Part shown: one piece after another, positions 29,378-38,472 of the stretch | Position numbering within the stretch: the stretch's first letter is position 1 | Layout of the letters: every line of letters starts with the position of its first letter | Source of the DNA: Flavobacteriaceae bacterium | GTDB taxonomy: Bacteria; Bacteroidota; Bacteroidia; Flavobacteriales; Flavobacteriaceae | NCBI GenBank assembly: GCA_028279515.1 | Contig: JANQNQ010000009.1 | Span: 194,429-258,428 of the forward strand | Direction of reading: 5' to 3' | DNA length: 64,000 nt | Made by a program: the position numbers and the translations under genes | Notes under the pieces: model-generated | Seen by the model: the letters and a program-made list of their open reading frames with translations, nothing else | What the model was told of the DNA's origin: nothing | The model's database searches: none

Positions 29378-30564
29378 ATGTCATCAAGATTGTTGATGTC
29401 TTGCTCCATAAGACCGTCAACGATATGAACGTACACCATTGTCTGTTTTATCTCACTGTGACCAAGCAAGCGTTGTAATTTCACCACATTGCCACCTTTA
29501 AGTAAATAGTTGGTAGCAAAAGTATGTCTGCTTACATGAAAGGTCAGTTTCTGCTTAATTCCGCAGACCTTAGCAATCTCTTTTAACATCCTATTTATAT
29601 GAACGCCAGTAAATTCTCCATTGAATAAAGGGTCCTGCTTGTTCAGGAACGATCTGGCCTTGCTAGTCAACGGTATGCGCTGTAATTTATAGGTCTTCTT
29701 GGAGGTCAAAACTAAATGGTCGCCGATAATGTTGTCCTCATTGATTCTCAGCGAGTCACTTATTCTTATACCTGTCCAACAACTAAAGAGGAACCTTTTT
29801 AGTACCGCTAGGTGAGTAGGATTAACAAAATCACTTTCGGAATATTTGACCAACCGGGAAACTTCTTCTGGCATTAGGAAGATCGGCCGTGGTTTGAAGG
29901 CCTCTACCTTGATCTTGTCGTATGTGATACCTGACATTATTCCTTGATCATTGGCTATGTGCAGGAATTTTTTGAAGGTCTTCATCATGCTTGTAATTGT
30001 ATTTGGTGCGTTCTTGAGCTCGTGCTTCATATAGGCTCGAAGATCTCGTATAAAATCATGGTCGATCTCGTGGAAGGGGATGCTTTCCCTGTAATTACGC
30101 AATTTGGTAAATACTGACCTCTGCTGTCTATAGGTCTTTGGGTCAAGGCGGTCTCTTTCCTTGGAAAGTGCATTCTCGAAGAACTTGATAAAATCGAGAT
30201 GGGCTGTTGGATTCTCAAGCTCAAAGATCAGTTGCTTCAGTGAAAGCATGCGCTTTGATAGCCTGTATGTTACTTCCACCCGATTGATGTCGGCCAACTT
30301 TTGCTCAATTATCAAGTTATGGTCCACATAATTTTCGGCTCCCTTCCTTACCCGGCCCTCTACATCATCAAAGTCTTTTGGGCGCACGTAGATGTCCAAG
30401 TTCAATCTCATTAGTTTCTTCTGGTAGAGCTGTATGTAGACCATACACTTTCCGTCCTTTCTGATGTGGTCCTTTCTTAGTCGGACTTTGAGTCTAATTT
30501 TACCGATCATGATTTCTGGTAAATTCTCTGGTAAAAAAACTGCTGTTTCACGCGTATACCCCAT
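29374..30564 (-). CDS. Tyrosine-type site-specific integrase (the likely start is the ATG at 30510: MIGKIRLKV...)
   Basis: The C-terminal catalytic region HVSRHTFATNYLL...LLGHSEIKQTMVYVHI carries the R..H..R..Y signature. The N-terminal arm domain is typical of Bacteroidetes integrases. Confidence 0.9.
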   Translation of the reverse strand: MGYTRETAVFLPENLPEIMIGKIRLKVRLRKDHIRKDGKCMVYIQLYQKKLMRLNLDIYVRPKDFDDVEGRVRKGAENYVDHNLIIEQKLADINRVEVTYRLSKRMLSLKQLIFELENPTAHLDFIKFFENALSKERDRLDPKTYRQQRSVFTKLRNYRESIPFHEIDHDFIRDLRAYMKHELKNAPNTITSMMKTFKKFLHIANDQGIMSGITYDKIKVEAFKPRPIFLMPEEVSRLVKYSESDFVNPTHLAVLKRFLFSCWTGIRISDSLRINEDNIIGDHLVLTSKKTYKLQRIPLTSKARSFLNKQDPLFNGEFTGVHINRMLKEIAKVCGIKQKLTFHVSRHTFATNYLLKGGNVVKLQRLLGHSEIKQTMVYVHIVDGLMEQDINNLDDI

Positions 30565-30602
30565 GGCTTGTCGTTTTTTTGAATGCCCCCTAAATGCAGG
30601 CA

Positions 30603-30639
30603 GGCCGCGACTTTTAGAAATTTTCTAAAAATCGCGGCC
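30603..30639. repeat. Near-perfect 18-bp inverted repeat between the integrase and the tRNA-like gene (att/Int-binding candidate)
   Basis: GGCCGCGACTTTTAGAAA t TTTCTAAAAATCGCGGCC, with one mismatch. Confidence 0.5.
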
Positions 30640-30658
30640 GTTATTAAACCTAGTTTTG

Positions 30659-30732
30659 TGACCTCGGCAGGATTCAAACCTGCAACCTCTTGAGCCGTAA
30701 TCAAGTGCACTATTCAGTTATGCTACGAGGCC
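30659..30732 (-). tRNA. tRNA-Arg(ACG)-like gene. It is atypical, lacking G18/G19 and C56.
   Basis: Manual cloverleaf: acceptor GGCCTCG/CGAGGTC (one G-U); D-stem GCAT/GTGC; anticodon stem CTTGA/TCAAG; loop TTACGGC; T-stem GCAGG/CCTGC; T-loop TTTGAAT. CCA is not encoded. Confidence 0.5.
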
Positions 30733-30982
30733 AATATGTAAATGGATTTTATGACGAATCCTAACGTTTTCTATTTCAATGACCTGTTGCAATCTCTTGT
30801 GCCGTAATCAAGGCACCTCTCCGTGTGAAACCGGATATTCAGTTATGCTACGAGGCCAATATGTAAATGGATTTTATAACGAATCCTAACGTTTTCTTTT
30901 TCAATGACCTGTCGCAATCTCTTGTGCCGTAATCAAGGCACCTCTCCGTGTGGAACCGGATATTCAGTTATGCTACGAGGCC
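30733..30982. repeat. Two tandem 125-bp units, each ending in a degenerate copy of the tRNA 5' half (pseudo-tRNA fragment array)
   Basis: Units 30733-30857 and 30858-30982 are ~97% identical. CAGTTATGCTACGAGGCC recurs at 30711-30732, 30836-30857 and 30961-30982. Confidence 0.7.
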
Positions 30983-31325
30983 AGTATATCATTTGGCAGC
31001 TTGCCTACCAACACAATCGCAAACTATCTCGCGAAAGCGGATGCAAATATAATTCATTCTTCAACAATCGACAAAGCAAAAAAACAAAAAAATTAAAGCG
31101 TTTTGTTAATCAATTGCTTTTGTGGTTACAAAGTAACGCCATCCAATGACCGCTAACTGCAGTTTGGACGCTTTTGCGAGGTCCAAACGCTTTTTGGTAT
31201 ACGATGGAAGCAACACTTTGTTTAGCTTCGCTAGCGCCTTAAAAAACTGTTTTTTCATGGTATAAGCTTCTACTACAAAGATAGTGCAAAAAAATACTCG
31301 TCGTACGACGAGTATTTAACAAGGG

Positions 31326-32675
31326 CTAGTTGTTGTTTTTAGTAAGCATGTTTTTGGCCATTTCGGCTCCGATTAGGGATTGCAATAGGTTGCCTTCCTT
31401 GGCACCATTCTTTGCGCCATCCTGAATGTAGATCTCTGGGAGTTGAAGATCTTTAAGCTCTCTGGCTACATGAACTGAAGTTTTGTATTCCCACTCAGCG
31501 CGTTCCTGGGGAGTAAGTCCGGCGCTTACGAGCTTGGCGTTTTGGTAGGCTTCAGCATCAGCAGAGACCTTTTTGCTTTTCGCCTTAAACAGTTCAACTT
31601 CGTACTGTTTCTTCTCTTTGATCAGATTGAATTCGGCCACCTTGGCCTCAGTTTCAGCGGCAATGGTCTTTTGAATTTGCTCTTTCTCTAAACGAGCGCG
31701 CTCAGCAGCCTTTTCGGCTTCACCTTTGGCTTTCTCCTTTTGGGCACGATAAAACTCACGTTCTGCTTGTTGCTTCTCTAACTGGGTCTGTGCTACTTCT
31801 TCCTTTTGCAATTGCAAACGGTTGTCAAAAGTAGGCTCCCAGTCGATCTCAGTGACCACGGCCTGGACCACAGTGAGTCCATAGGTGTTTAGCGAATTAC
31901 CACGCTCACGAACCGGTTGTCCGTCTTTCATCTTTATGCGAAAGCGTTTTTGTCTAGACTCTTTGTTTCTAACGGTACGTACTGTGGTACTGTCACCAAT
32001 GATTTCTGGCGTCTCGTACTCAAAATACTCTTCAAGCACATACATTCCGTTTTCAAGTTGATCCTGAAAGTAGCGATCAAAGTCCGAAGCCTGCCCCGAG
32101 ATATAATCTTGGGCGTCCATCAACTTACAAGTGTTTTTGATCGATTGATCGATGTTCGGAATGATCCTAGAACGAATCAGGTTCTTTTCGGTTTTGTTAC
32201 GATCGGCAACCGACAAAAATTGAGATTCGTCGTTTGTGTTGATGGCAACTACGACAGACGTCGCAATTCTAGCCTTCACAGCGTCGCTAAACGCCCAATA
32301 CTTTGCTTGGTCTACGTTCGCGTATTCGCTTTGTTTTCCAAGATCTAATTTACCATCACTATCTTCCTTAGGAATCACGTATTTGATAGGCATTTCGAAC
32401 TGAATCGGAATCAAGCGACCCCACATTTTGGTGTTGATACCTTGGTGAAAGACAGCTTTCTGTCCTCCCCAAGGATATTGCACTGCATAAGCAGTACCCG
32501 GTTCTGCGTAAAAGAACATTCCGGTGGCAATGTTGAGCAATACGCCAGCGCCGATAAGCTGTAAGCTACGCTTGGTGGTAAACCATTCGAGCCAGCGTTG
32601 CCCTTTAAGAAAAGGTTTTATGATTAACGCTGCAATACCAGCGATAATAAGTATGAATCCTATAAATATTAGCAT
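31326..32675 (-). CDS. SPFH/band-7 (flotillin-like) membrane protein
   Basis: N-terminal TM, an SPFH-like core, and a long E/K/A/Q-rich coiled-coil C-terminus. 449 aa. Confidence 0.65.
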   Translation of the reverse strand: MLIFIGFILIIAGIAALIIKPFLKGQRWLEWFTTKRSLQLIGAGVLLNIATGMFFYAEPGTAYAVQYPWGGQKAVFHQGINTKMWGRLIPIQFEMPIKYVIPKEDSDGKLDLGKQSEYANVDQAKYWAFSDAVKARIATSVVVAINTNDESQFLSVADRNKTEKNLIRSRIIPNIDQSIKNTCKLMDAQDYISGQASDFDRYFQDQLENGMYVLEEYFEYETPEIIGDSTTVRTVRNKESRQKRFRIKMKDGQPVRERGNSLNTYGLTVVQAVVTEIDWEPTFDNRLQLQKEEVAQTQLEKQQAEREFYRAQKEKAKGEAEKAAERARLEKEQIQKTIAAETEAKVAEFNLIKEKKQYEVELFKAKSKKVSADAEAYQNAKLVSAGLTPQERAEWEYKTSVHVARELKDLQLPEIYIQDGAKNGAKEGNLLQSLIGAEMAKNMLTKNNN

Positions 32676-33009
32676 GTTATGGGTTGGGTTAAAAAGTTAT
32701 ACAAGAATTGTTGAAATGATATCGACTAAATACTTCACAAGGGTGATCATTTTTACAAGGTTTTAAAAGGTTAACATAAAATTTTGCCATGTTGACCCAA
32801 TTGTAAGAATGTTCTATAGACAGCTGTTTTATTCTCGAGAAATATAGCCTACAATTGATGCATGTTTTTTTAAGCTACAACATTTATGGATTACTTCCAA
32901 ATGCCCAGTATTCATGCGATTTTCGGGAACAAAAAAAACACCGGGATCGAAATCACGGTGTTTTTAAGGACTACTTTTTTGTAAGTTTTTGTAACTTTTA
33001 GATCATCGT

Positions 33010-35700
33010 TTACTTGTCCTTTTTTGTTGTAATAACTAAGACGCCATTTTCACCTTTTTTGCCGTACAGTTTTTTGGCCGAAGCACCTTTTAGTACGTTG
33101 ATAGATTCGATCTTGTTTGTGTCTAGCTTTTTTAGCTTCTTATATGGAACCTCTTTTCCGTCGATAATGATCAATGGTTTTTCTCCACCAGTTTCAATTT
33201 GAAGTCCTTCGTCATCGTCACTAGAGTGAATATAGATTCTGCCTTGTTGATAGTCGTCATCATCCACGCTAATTTTAAAAGTTGAAGATTGCCCTTCCGC
33301 CTTTATATGATGCCCGTCTTTGGTCTCTTTGATTCGAATCACGTTTTGGCCGTTTTCATCCTGAGTCTCCACAACGTGTACATCCATCTTCTTTAATTCG
33401 TCACGGGTCACCACTTTTCCGTTTACCATGATCTTTTCCTCACCATCGGCTTTAATGATCTCGATCGAATGAACGTCACCATCGTCATGACCAGATTGGG
33501 CATGAACCTTGCCTTTCACCTTATAATAGGAGTTGCTACCCTGGCCACTTGCACTACCGCTGTAGTTGTAGTGAGAATGTGGTTGCCCTCCCGAGTTGAT
33601 ACTTAAAAAATTGGCCTCTTCGTCAAAACGAATGTAAATCGTCTCGATAGGTTGTCCGTCGCCATCGATTGTCGATTTGTTGGTGGTGGTATTTCCATCA
33701 CGTTTTACTTTGACCTCGATCGAGATTCTGATGATTTCGTCATTGTCATTGTAAGCAAGCTTTGAGTAGCTAAACGAAACATCCTTCTTCTTTAGCTCAC
33801 GCTGTATGTCTTTTAATTTTTCTTCGGAAGTGTTCTTGTCGATGATCACTTCGATATTACCAGCGACCACTCCGTTGTCAAAAGACGTCTTGGTCACTTT
33901 AAGGGTATTAGCTTGAAGATATTTCATTGGATCCAACGGCTCATCATCCTTGCGGATCTCGAAGTGAAGATGCGGTCCGTTGGCCAATCCGGTATTTCCA
34001 ACATGGCCAATCAGATCGCGTGATGTTACCATATCACCTTCTTTAACAACATAATCCTTTAAATGATTGTAATGGGTCGAATATCCATTCTTGTGAAGGA
34101 TCTGGACCGAATTTCCATATTTACCATTCATTTCGGCCTGAACAACCTTGCCCGAAGCCGAAGCCATAACGGCAGTGCCTTTCGGAGCAACAAAATCAAC
34201 GCCATTGTGAAACTTCTCTCCGCTTCCTTTAGGGTCTTTGAGCCTACCGAAGGTTGAGCTTACTTTTTTTAGCTTTGACGGACTGATTGGACTCTTGAAC
34301 GTCGGAACTTGCTCAGCCTCGCTTTTTGTTTCGGGCGTTTCTGGTGCTTCTGGTGCTTCAGTTGTTTCAAGCGTCTCATGCGTTTCGTGCGATTCATGAG
34401 TTTCAGGCGTATCCGGAACTTCTGGAGTGATGTCCTGAATCGGAGCCTCTTCCTTTACATCAACATACACCATGGCATTATCTACCCGAAAACTGTCGCC
34501 ACCATCCAGATCATCAGCATAAAACTGCATGGTGTCCTCATTGAACCAAAGGTTCATGGCAGGTATTACTTTTGTTTGATTGCCTTTAAAGGTGAAGTTT
34601 TTGTCAAACAATTCGTGACCTGCGAACTTGGTAGCTACAGAAAGGTCTGTGAGCTTACCTTCGGTATTTCGCTTTCGGTCTGTGAGTTTTAATTCAAAAC
34701 CGTCGATGCGCTCGTTGAAGTATTGTTCGATATCATTGAGTTCAACGTTTGTGGTAGTACCATCTATGGTGAATGACTTGATCTCATTTACTTTATACAC
34801 TTCGTTTACGTTGAAACTAAATAGGAAGAGTGCCAGTGCCGGAAGCACAATCCCAAATTTCCATAAGTGCCTTCTTTTGGAGGCTTTTTGATTTAACATA
34901 ACTATTCGTTTTTTGATTAATGAATTGAAAAAATTATTTGTGATTGATGTGCAGTATGGCTGCAATGAAACCTTTAATAAGGTGTGTTGATATTGTTTTG
35001 ACGAATCGATGCCTTGTACGGCCTGATTATCGGCGATAAACTCTAGGTTTTGCTGAATTGATTTTTTGTAAAACCAAGCTACCGGGTTGATCCATTGAAA
35101 GATGAAGGCCAATTCGGCAATAATGATATCGATCGAGTGCCATTGCTTGCAATGTACTTTCTCATGCTCTAAGATTGTCTTAAGTTCTTCTTCGGTATAT
35201 AATGATGGGTTGTATATGATATAGTTGAAAAACGAAAACGGGGAGAGCTCTTGTTTTGTGATCACATGTTTGTATTGTGAGTCTCGCTTTGAGGTGTGAG
35301 CGTTAAAAAGTTTTATAAGAGAAACACACTGAAGCAAGAATCGAATGCTCAAAATGACCACCCCAGCCAAGTATATGAACAACCCCACTTGCCACCAATC
35401 TATGGTAAATGAAGGGTCTGAAATGATCGGTTGACTTGTGAATGTTTCCGCAATTTGTGTGGGCTGACTCAGACCAGACACGGTTTCCTGTGCATACGGA
35501 ACCACTTTAATGAGTGGGTCAACATAGATGTATTTGGTGAAGATCACGAAAGGCAGCAACAGTGCGGCCAATATTCCGCCTAACAAAAAGTGACGATTAC
35601 CAGAGAAAAAGGTCTCTCTTTTAAGGAATAATTGATAACCAAAAAAGAAGATCGCTAGTACCGCGGCAGATTTTAAAAGGTATATGATAAAGGCTTCCAT
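33010..35700 (-). CDS. BlaR1-family M56 peptidase sensor fused to an M23 (LytM) peptidase domain and a TonB-like C-terminus
   Basis: N-terminal 4-TM region with an HEKVH zinc motif. Acidic PETxET linker repeats. M23 signature HNGVDF...GHVGNTGLANGPHLHFEI. 896 aa. TAATG coupling with the upstream repressor gene. Confidence 0.75.
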   Translation of the reverse strand: MEAFIIYLLKSAAVLAIFFFGYQLFLKRETFFSGNRHFLLGGILAALLLPFVIFTKYIYVDPLIKVVPYAQETVSGLSQPTQIAETFTSQPIISDPSFTIDWWQVGLFIYLAGVVILSIRFLLQCVSLIKLFNAHTSKRDSQYKHVITKQELSPFSFFNYIIYNPSLYTEEELKTILEHEKVHCKQWHSIDIIIAELAFIFQWINPVAWFYKKSIQQNLEFIADNQAVQGIDSSKQYQHTLLKVSLQPYCTSITNNFFNSLIKKRIVMLNQKASKRRHLWKFGIVLPALALFLFSFNVNEVYKVNEIKSFTIDGTTTNVELNDIEQYFNERIDGFELKLTDRKRNTEGKLTDLSVATKFAGHELFDKNFTFKGNQTKVIPAMNLWFNEDTMQFYADDLDGGDSFRVDNAMVYVDVKEEAPIQDITPEVPDTPETHESHETHETLETTEAPEAPETPETKSEAEQVPTFKSPISPSKLKKVSSTFGRLKDPKGSGEKFHNGVDFVAPKGTAVMASASGKVVQAEMNGKYGNSVQILHKNGYSTHYNHLKDYVVKEGDMVTSRDLIGHVGNTGLANGPHLHFEIRKDDEPLDPMKYLQANTLKVTKTSFDNGVVAGNIEVIIDKNTSEEKLKDIQRELKKKDVSFSYSKLAYNDNDEIIRISIEVKVKRDGNTTTNKSTIDGDGQPIETIYIRFDEEANFLSINSGGQPHSHYNYSGSASGQGSNSYYKVKGKVHAQSGHDDGDVHSIEIIKADGEEKIMVNGKVVTRDELKKMDVHVVETQDENGQNVIRIKETKDGHHIKAEGQSSTFKISVDDDDYQQGRIYIHSSDDDEGLQIETGGEKPLIIIDGKEVPYKKLKKLDTNKIESINVLKGASAKKLYGKKGENGVLVITTKKDK

Positions 35701-36059
35701 TATTTCTTGTTTTCGATAAGTTTGATAATTTCTTTGAGCTCGTCTACGCTGATCTTTTCTTCCTTGGCAAAGAAAGATACGACGTTCTTGTAGCTACTGT
35801 TGAAGTAAGTATCAATAGCACGATTCATAAATCGCTTGCGGTAGACCTCTTTGGTTACGATAGGGTAGTAGCGATGCGTTTTTCCAAAGGCTTCATGTGC
35901 CACATATCCCTTTTCTTCCAAATTACGAATGATGGTCGAAAGCGTGTTATAATGCGGCTTTCCGTTTTCGAATTCATTGAGAACTTCCTTTACGAAAGCG
36001 CGCTCTAGCTTCCATAGGATGTTCATGATCTCTTCTTCTTTATTGGTCAATTTTTGCAT
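35700..36059 (-). CDS. BlaI/MecI/CopY-family transcriptional repressor
   Basis: Winged-helix N-terminus (EEEIMNILWKLERAFVKEV...NTLSTIIRNLEEKGYV). The start is taken at MQKLTNK (ATG at 36057-36059). It sits upstream of, and coupled to, the BlaR1-like gene. Confidence 0.75.
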   Translation of the reverse strand: MQKLTNKEEEIMNILWKLERAFVKEVLNEFENGKPHYNTLSTIIRNLEEKGYVAHEAFGKTHRYYPIVTKEVYRKRFMNRAIDTYFNSSYKNVVSFFAKEEKISVDELKEIIKLIENKK

Positions 36060-36225
36060 AGGTATTGTGCTTTTATCGTCAATCTGAAACAAACATACAA
36101 CGAAAAATTTAGTTATACAACTATAAAAATAGTTATACAACGAAAATTATAGTTTAATTAACAGTTGAGTGGGCGTTCGGTTTGTTGGTAGGATATGTTA
36201 TCTTCGCGGAAACTTTTTTGAAGAC

Positions 36226-37161
36226 ATGAACATATTGTTGATCGTTGTTGGGCTGGTGCTGTTGATATTGGGAGGGAACTGGTTACTGAAATCTGCTGTT
36301 GGACTTTCTCTACAATTAAATATTCCGAAGATCGTCATCGGGATGACCGTAGTGTCATTGGCAACCTCTGCGCCCGAATTGATCGTCAGTATAAAATCGG
36401 CACTCGATGGTTTTCCAGACTTGGCCCTAGGGAATGTTGTAGGGTCTAATATTGCCAACCTTGCCTTTGTGCTGGCCATTACAATCATATTGTCTCCGAT
36501 CCAGGTAGAGCGCAGCTTCTATAAAACTGATTGGCCAATGATGATGCTGGCGTCTGGCTTGCTTTATGTCTTCATCGCCTTTGACGGACAACTTGTACGC
36601 TATGAGGGAATCATTTTATTCGGGTTGCTCGTGGCCTTTTTGATTTATTTGTTGCGTTTTCAAAAGCCAGCGGTTGTCGACGAGATGCCAGAAGATGATG
36701 AACTCATACCATTATACAAGATCGTATTGTTTTTGGTAATTGGTGGTGTTGGTCTTTGGGGCGGCTCTGAACTTTTGATCAAAGGAGCTGTCGGTATGGC
36801 GGAAAGCTTTGGCGTCAGTGAGCGTGTGATAGGTATCACCGTAGTTTCGATAGGAACCAGTATTCCTGAGTTGGCAGCATCTATCATTGCAGTAATGAAG
36901 AAAGAGAAGGCAATCTCATTAGGGAATTTGATCGGGTCTAACATCTTCAACATATTGGCCGTTTTGGGGATCACATCAATGATTACCAATGTTACAGTAC
37001 AGGATCAAGGATTGCTTACCAGCGACATCTTCTGGATGTTGGCGATTTCGTTCGCTGTCTTTCCACTGGTGTTCATTCCAAAAGGACTTCGTTTGGGATG
37101 GCGCGATGGCATCGCACTTTTAGCGGCCTATGCATTCTTTATCTATATAACGGTCACCTAG
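36226..37161 (+). CDS. Ca2+/Na+ antiporter (CaCA/YrbG family)
   Basis: Two alpha-repeat motifs (GNSAPELIVS..., GTSIPELAASI...). ~10 TM segments. The start is taken at MNILLIVVGL. Confidence 0.8.
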   Translation: MNILLIVVGLVLLILGGNWLLKSAVGLSLQLNIPKIVIGMTVVSLATSAPELIVSIKSALDGFPDLALGNVVGSNIANLAFVLAITIILSPIQVERSFYKTDWPMMMLASGLLYVFIAFDGQLVRYEGIILFGLLVAFLIYLLRFQKPAVVDEMPEDDELIPLYKIVLFLVIGGVGLWGGSELLIKGAVGMAESFGVSERVIGITVVSIGTSIPELAASIIAVMKKEKAISLGNLIGSNIFNILAVLGITSMITNVTVQDQGLLTSDIFWMLAISFAVFPLVFIPKGLRLGWRDGIALLAAYAFFIYITVT

Positions 37162-37249
37162 GTTCGTTTACGAAATACTTGATAAAATAGAAAGGCGTCT
37201 AATCCCTCCGGATCAGACGCCTTTCACGTCAACATTAATAATTATATAA

Positions 37250-38272
37250 CTATGCTTCTACAGCAACTTCAACAGACTTAACGGTCTTGATGATACGTGC
37301 TGCGATTTTGTATGGATCACCGTTAGAAGCAGGTCTTCTATCTTCTAACCAACCTTTCCAACCTTTTTCTACAGTTAGAATAGGAATACGGATTGAAGCA
37401 CCACGGTCAGAAACGCCGTAGCTAAAGTCGTTGATCGAAGCAGTTTCGTGAAGCCCAGTAAGACGTTGGTCGTTGAACTCTCCGTATACTGCGATATGCT
37501 CTTTGGCAACAGGTCTAAACGCTTCACAGATTTTCTCATATACTTCTTTAGAGCCACAAGTTCTCAAAGTAGTGTTAGAGAAGTTAGCGTGCATACCTGA
37601 ACCGTTCCAATCACCTTTTACAGGTTTTGGGTGATATTCAATATAGTATCCGTAATCTTCGGTAAGTCTATCTAGCAAGTATCTGGCAACCCAGATCTCA
37701 TCACCGGCCTTCTTGGCACCTTTAGCAAACAATTGGAACTCCCATTGTCCGCAAGCAACCTCTTGATTGATACCTTCGAAGTTCAATCCAGCTTCGATAC
37801 AAAGATCGGCGTGACGCTCAACAAGCTCACGTCCGTGTGTGTTTCTTCCACCAACTGAACAATAGTACAATCCTTGAGGTCCAGGATATCCACCTACAGG
37901 GAATCCTAAAGGTAGTTGAGTGTGCGCATCCATAATAAAGTATTCTTGCTCGAAGCCAAACCAGAAATCGTTGTCAGCGTCATCGATGGTAGCACGTGAA
38001 TTTGATTCATGCGCTGTTCCGTCTGCGTTTAACACTTCACACATTACTAAATACCCGTTTTGTCTCGCTGGATCTGGGTAGATAGCAACTGGCTTTAACA
38101 AGCAGTCAGAAGAATTACCTTCAGCCTGTCTTGTTGAGCTTCCGTCAAATGACCACGTTGGACAATCTTCTAGTTTTCCGCTAAAATCGTCTTCGACCTT
38201 TGTTTTGCTTCTCAAGTTGGCTGTGGGCTTGTAGCCGTCTAACCAAATGTACTCTAGCTTAGCCTTACTCAT
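37250..38272 (-). CDS. glnII: Glutamine synthetase type II
   Basis: Shares motifs with eukaryotic-type GS: WSFDGSST, FGFEQEYF, GPQGLYYC, WVARYLL, DWNGSGMHANFS, RLTGLHETASINDFSYGVSDRGASIRIP, EDRRPASNGDPY. Confidence 0.9.
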   Translation of the reverse strand: MSKAKLEYIWLDGYKPTANLRSKTKVEDDFSGKLEDCPTWSFDGSSTRQAEGNSSDCLLKPVAIYPDPARQNGYLVMCEVLNADGTAHESNSRATIDDADNDFWFGFEQEYFIMDAHTQLPLGFPVGGYPGPQGLYYCSVGGRNTHGRELVERHADLCIEAGLNFEGINQEVACGQWEFQLFAKGAKKAGDEIWVARYLLDRLTEDYGYYIEYHPKPVKGDWNGSGMHANFSNTTLRTCGSKEVYEKICEAFRPVAKEHIAVYGEFNDQRLTGLHETASINDFSYGVSDRGASIRIPILTVEKGWKGWLEDRRPASNGDPYKIAARIIKTVKSVEVAVEA

Positions 38273-38472
38273 AATCTGATGTATTTAAAGTTTTTATAAA
38301 TCCCGGACAAATATAGATCTATTTCAATACAACACCACAAAAATAGGGGGTGATGTTCTTTGAAGTTATTAATTTTTATCAACACCCTAATTTTTTTAGG
38401 GGGTCATCACCAAATTTTCATTTTTTAGCCCTAAATAGTCCTATATTTGCAATAGTCTTAAAAAATAGGAGT

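Noticed and set aside
30733-30982. Possible CRISPR array, because of the regular tandem repeats
   Set aside because: The units are 125 bp long, tRNA-derived and directly abutting, with no unique spacers. There are no cas genes nearby.
30904-31149. 81-aa ORF overlapping the pseudo-tRNA repeats
   Set aside because: It falls inside the repeat array and has no coding signal.
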